From Paraphysomonas bandaiensis (taxonomy: Eukaryota; Protista; Chrysophyceae), in contig CBFFRP010000209.1 in assembly GCA_965644295.1 (NCBI GenBank), positions 82,036 through 146,035 of the forward strand: a stretch of DNA of 64,000 nt, read 5' to 3'. Shown piece by piece: positions 62,040-64,000 of the stretch (its first letter is position 1; every line of letters begins with the position of its first letter). Below the pieces are notes generated by a model. The model worked only from the letters and a program-made list of their open reading frames with translations, did not search any database and was not told the origin of the DNA. The position numbers and the translations under genes are program-made.

Positions 62040-64000
62040 CTCAATCACTGAATTCATTGGAATCCGTAACAACTCCGTATTGAGAAACATCACACTCCAC
62101 TTGCTTAAATCGAATATATGTTGAAAGATATTCGAATACAACGCTCGACAAAATAGATTATAGGCATATAGGAGGTATACTCACAAGCTCCTTCCTTTAG
62201 CGTACAAGGTTTTATTACTCGTATCACTTTCTGAATTCCAACCGTATATCCCACCCATCAATGACGAGCAACGTAATTGTTGATAATTCCTGATGAAAAT
62301 GATGAATGTTCAAATCACTCTCTCTCACACAGAAAACCGACTACTCTCAGTTTATCCCAGTTTGCAACTCACAACAATAGATAATCCAACTCAGTCAATA
62401 CAAACTGCACAACAGAAGATCCATATGTACGTAACTGACCGTAGATTGAATTATATAAATCGAACAAGTGATGGCAACTCAGAATGATTCATTTTAATGA
62501 TGTCACCAGAACATTCGTACGAGACTGACAAGACTCGCATTTTGATCCGTAACACGTTTGAAACATTTTCAACAAACTCCAGAATCAAATTCCTCTTGTA
62601 GCAATCATTGAAAGAAACTAAACAGTATGGCAGTACATCATTGAGCCCATTGACCACTCTGATATCAATATTTAAACAGAATTCTCAAAATAACTCTGGA
62701 AGACTTTCTCAAAATCAAATAACAACAACTGATCCTCAATTTGCAATAATCACTGGCATTGACGATGCATTCTCAATGATCAAAATATTAGATATAAGTA
62801 TGATAAATAATAGCTTCTGGAATATATATACACATTCAAACTTCTCAAAACTCAATCCAATCTTATATATATTTCGGATGAATCACCAAGCCATTTAGCA
62901 GTCTTCACACCATAATATATACAAAGATTGTATACAACAGTTGTCCTTGAGTCCATATAGCCTTTGATAATATTGTTCTGAGACATGAACTGCACACATT
63001 CACTACCGACTCCCGTATCTACATTGATCAACGAATCATGAATTACACAATGGACATCCAGCGAAGAAACATCTTTCCTCAATGCTACATTGAAAATGTA
63101 ACCGCGTGTAGACACTCCTCTCCTCAAGCATATAATATAATAATGACTGAATTTTAACTGACATTATATTGAATAAAATATTTACGATATACGATACAAC
63201 ATTTCCCTCACAAGCATTGAATAACGAATCCTTTGATTTAGAAACTGATGAACCCGTTCGTCACAAACAATACTATCACCTTCTCATCAAAAGAAATGAA
63301 TTGGCACCCTGATGGTAACGTGTCTCCAATAACAACAATAATACAACATCAACATCGGGTACGGCCAATCTTCATCCCAATAGGTTCTCTTTAAAATTGA
63401 AATAGATTCACCGAAGTGACAAAAGGCGGTCCAGGGCCATGCTCATCGCGCTGTACAAGTTCTTTAAAACACAAGCATGGTTCCTCAAACATCATTTTGG
63501 TGTAAAGAAGATTAACCACTTCAAGATGACTCAACAATGTCAAATGCTTTCCCATAACTCGTCCAGGCATAACCAGAAGATAGCTTAAGGGAGTAACAAC
63601 AGCCTTCGATGGCAGGGCTGATTGATGTGTTGACATGACAATTGTGTCACCGTCAATATCGTCGTTGACAGTATGGTTTTCAACTGAAAGCTGATTCACT
63701 GAAATGACCTTTACAGTCTTAACAACAGAACACCCTGCATCTTTTGAGTCATTTTGTTGAGTAGACTTGGACTTCTCAGAAAGAAATTCTGGATGTCTAA
63801 GTTCTTCAATCAAAGTTTCACCCAGTGGAGTAACCTGAGAATCAATAACCGCAATCAAAGCTTCCTTTTCGGCATATTCCGAATCCTCATTATGAATTTC
63901 AGAAGACTTTTCGGTCATCTCTTTATCCTCAGTACAAACGACAGTTTCTTGTTCCAACATGCACTCCACACTGGTAGAATTTAAATTTTCAATATTAATG
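62040..64000 (-). pseudogene. Highly degenerate LTR-retrotransposon-like coding remnants
   Basis: Broken ORFs 63969-63391 and 63127-62852 with only weak protease- and integrase-like traces. Confidence 0.3.

Overview
Eukaryotic nuclear DNA with short GT-AG introns (44-144 nt). Gene content suggests a stramenopile, possibly a chrysophyte (inference). About 13 host genes were reconstructed, including AATF/BFR2, a single-domain voltage-gated cation channel, FATP/SLC27, a calcyphosin-like protein, DUF1415, PRP38B and an EF-hand protein, plus one tRNA-Ser(GCT). Mobile DNA is abundant: RNase H/CCHC LINE 3' fragments, a TSD-flanked SINE family sharing the LINE's structured 3' tail, a hAT remnant with MITEs, and truncated Ty1/copia and Ty3/gypsy elements. 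An 8-kb satellite of about 52 modular units occupies 37.4-45.4 kb. Highlights: (1) a spliced 4-exon gene fusing a bacterial-type amino-sugar module (FdtA-like ketoisomerase, DegT/FdtB aminotransferase, hexapeptide N-acyltransferase) into one 723-aa protein; (2) its head-to-head neighbour, a COG0523/CobW metallochaperone GTPase fused to a nucleoplasmin-like domain; (3) a LINE-SINE partnership with covarying RNA structures and two tail types; (4) an AT-rich island resembling a Polinton-like virus/virophage remnant. All family calls come from motif recognition by eye; no database searches were run.
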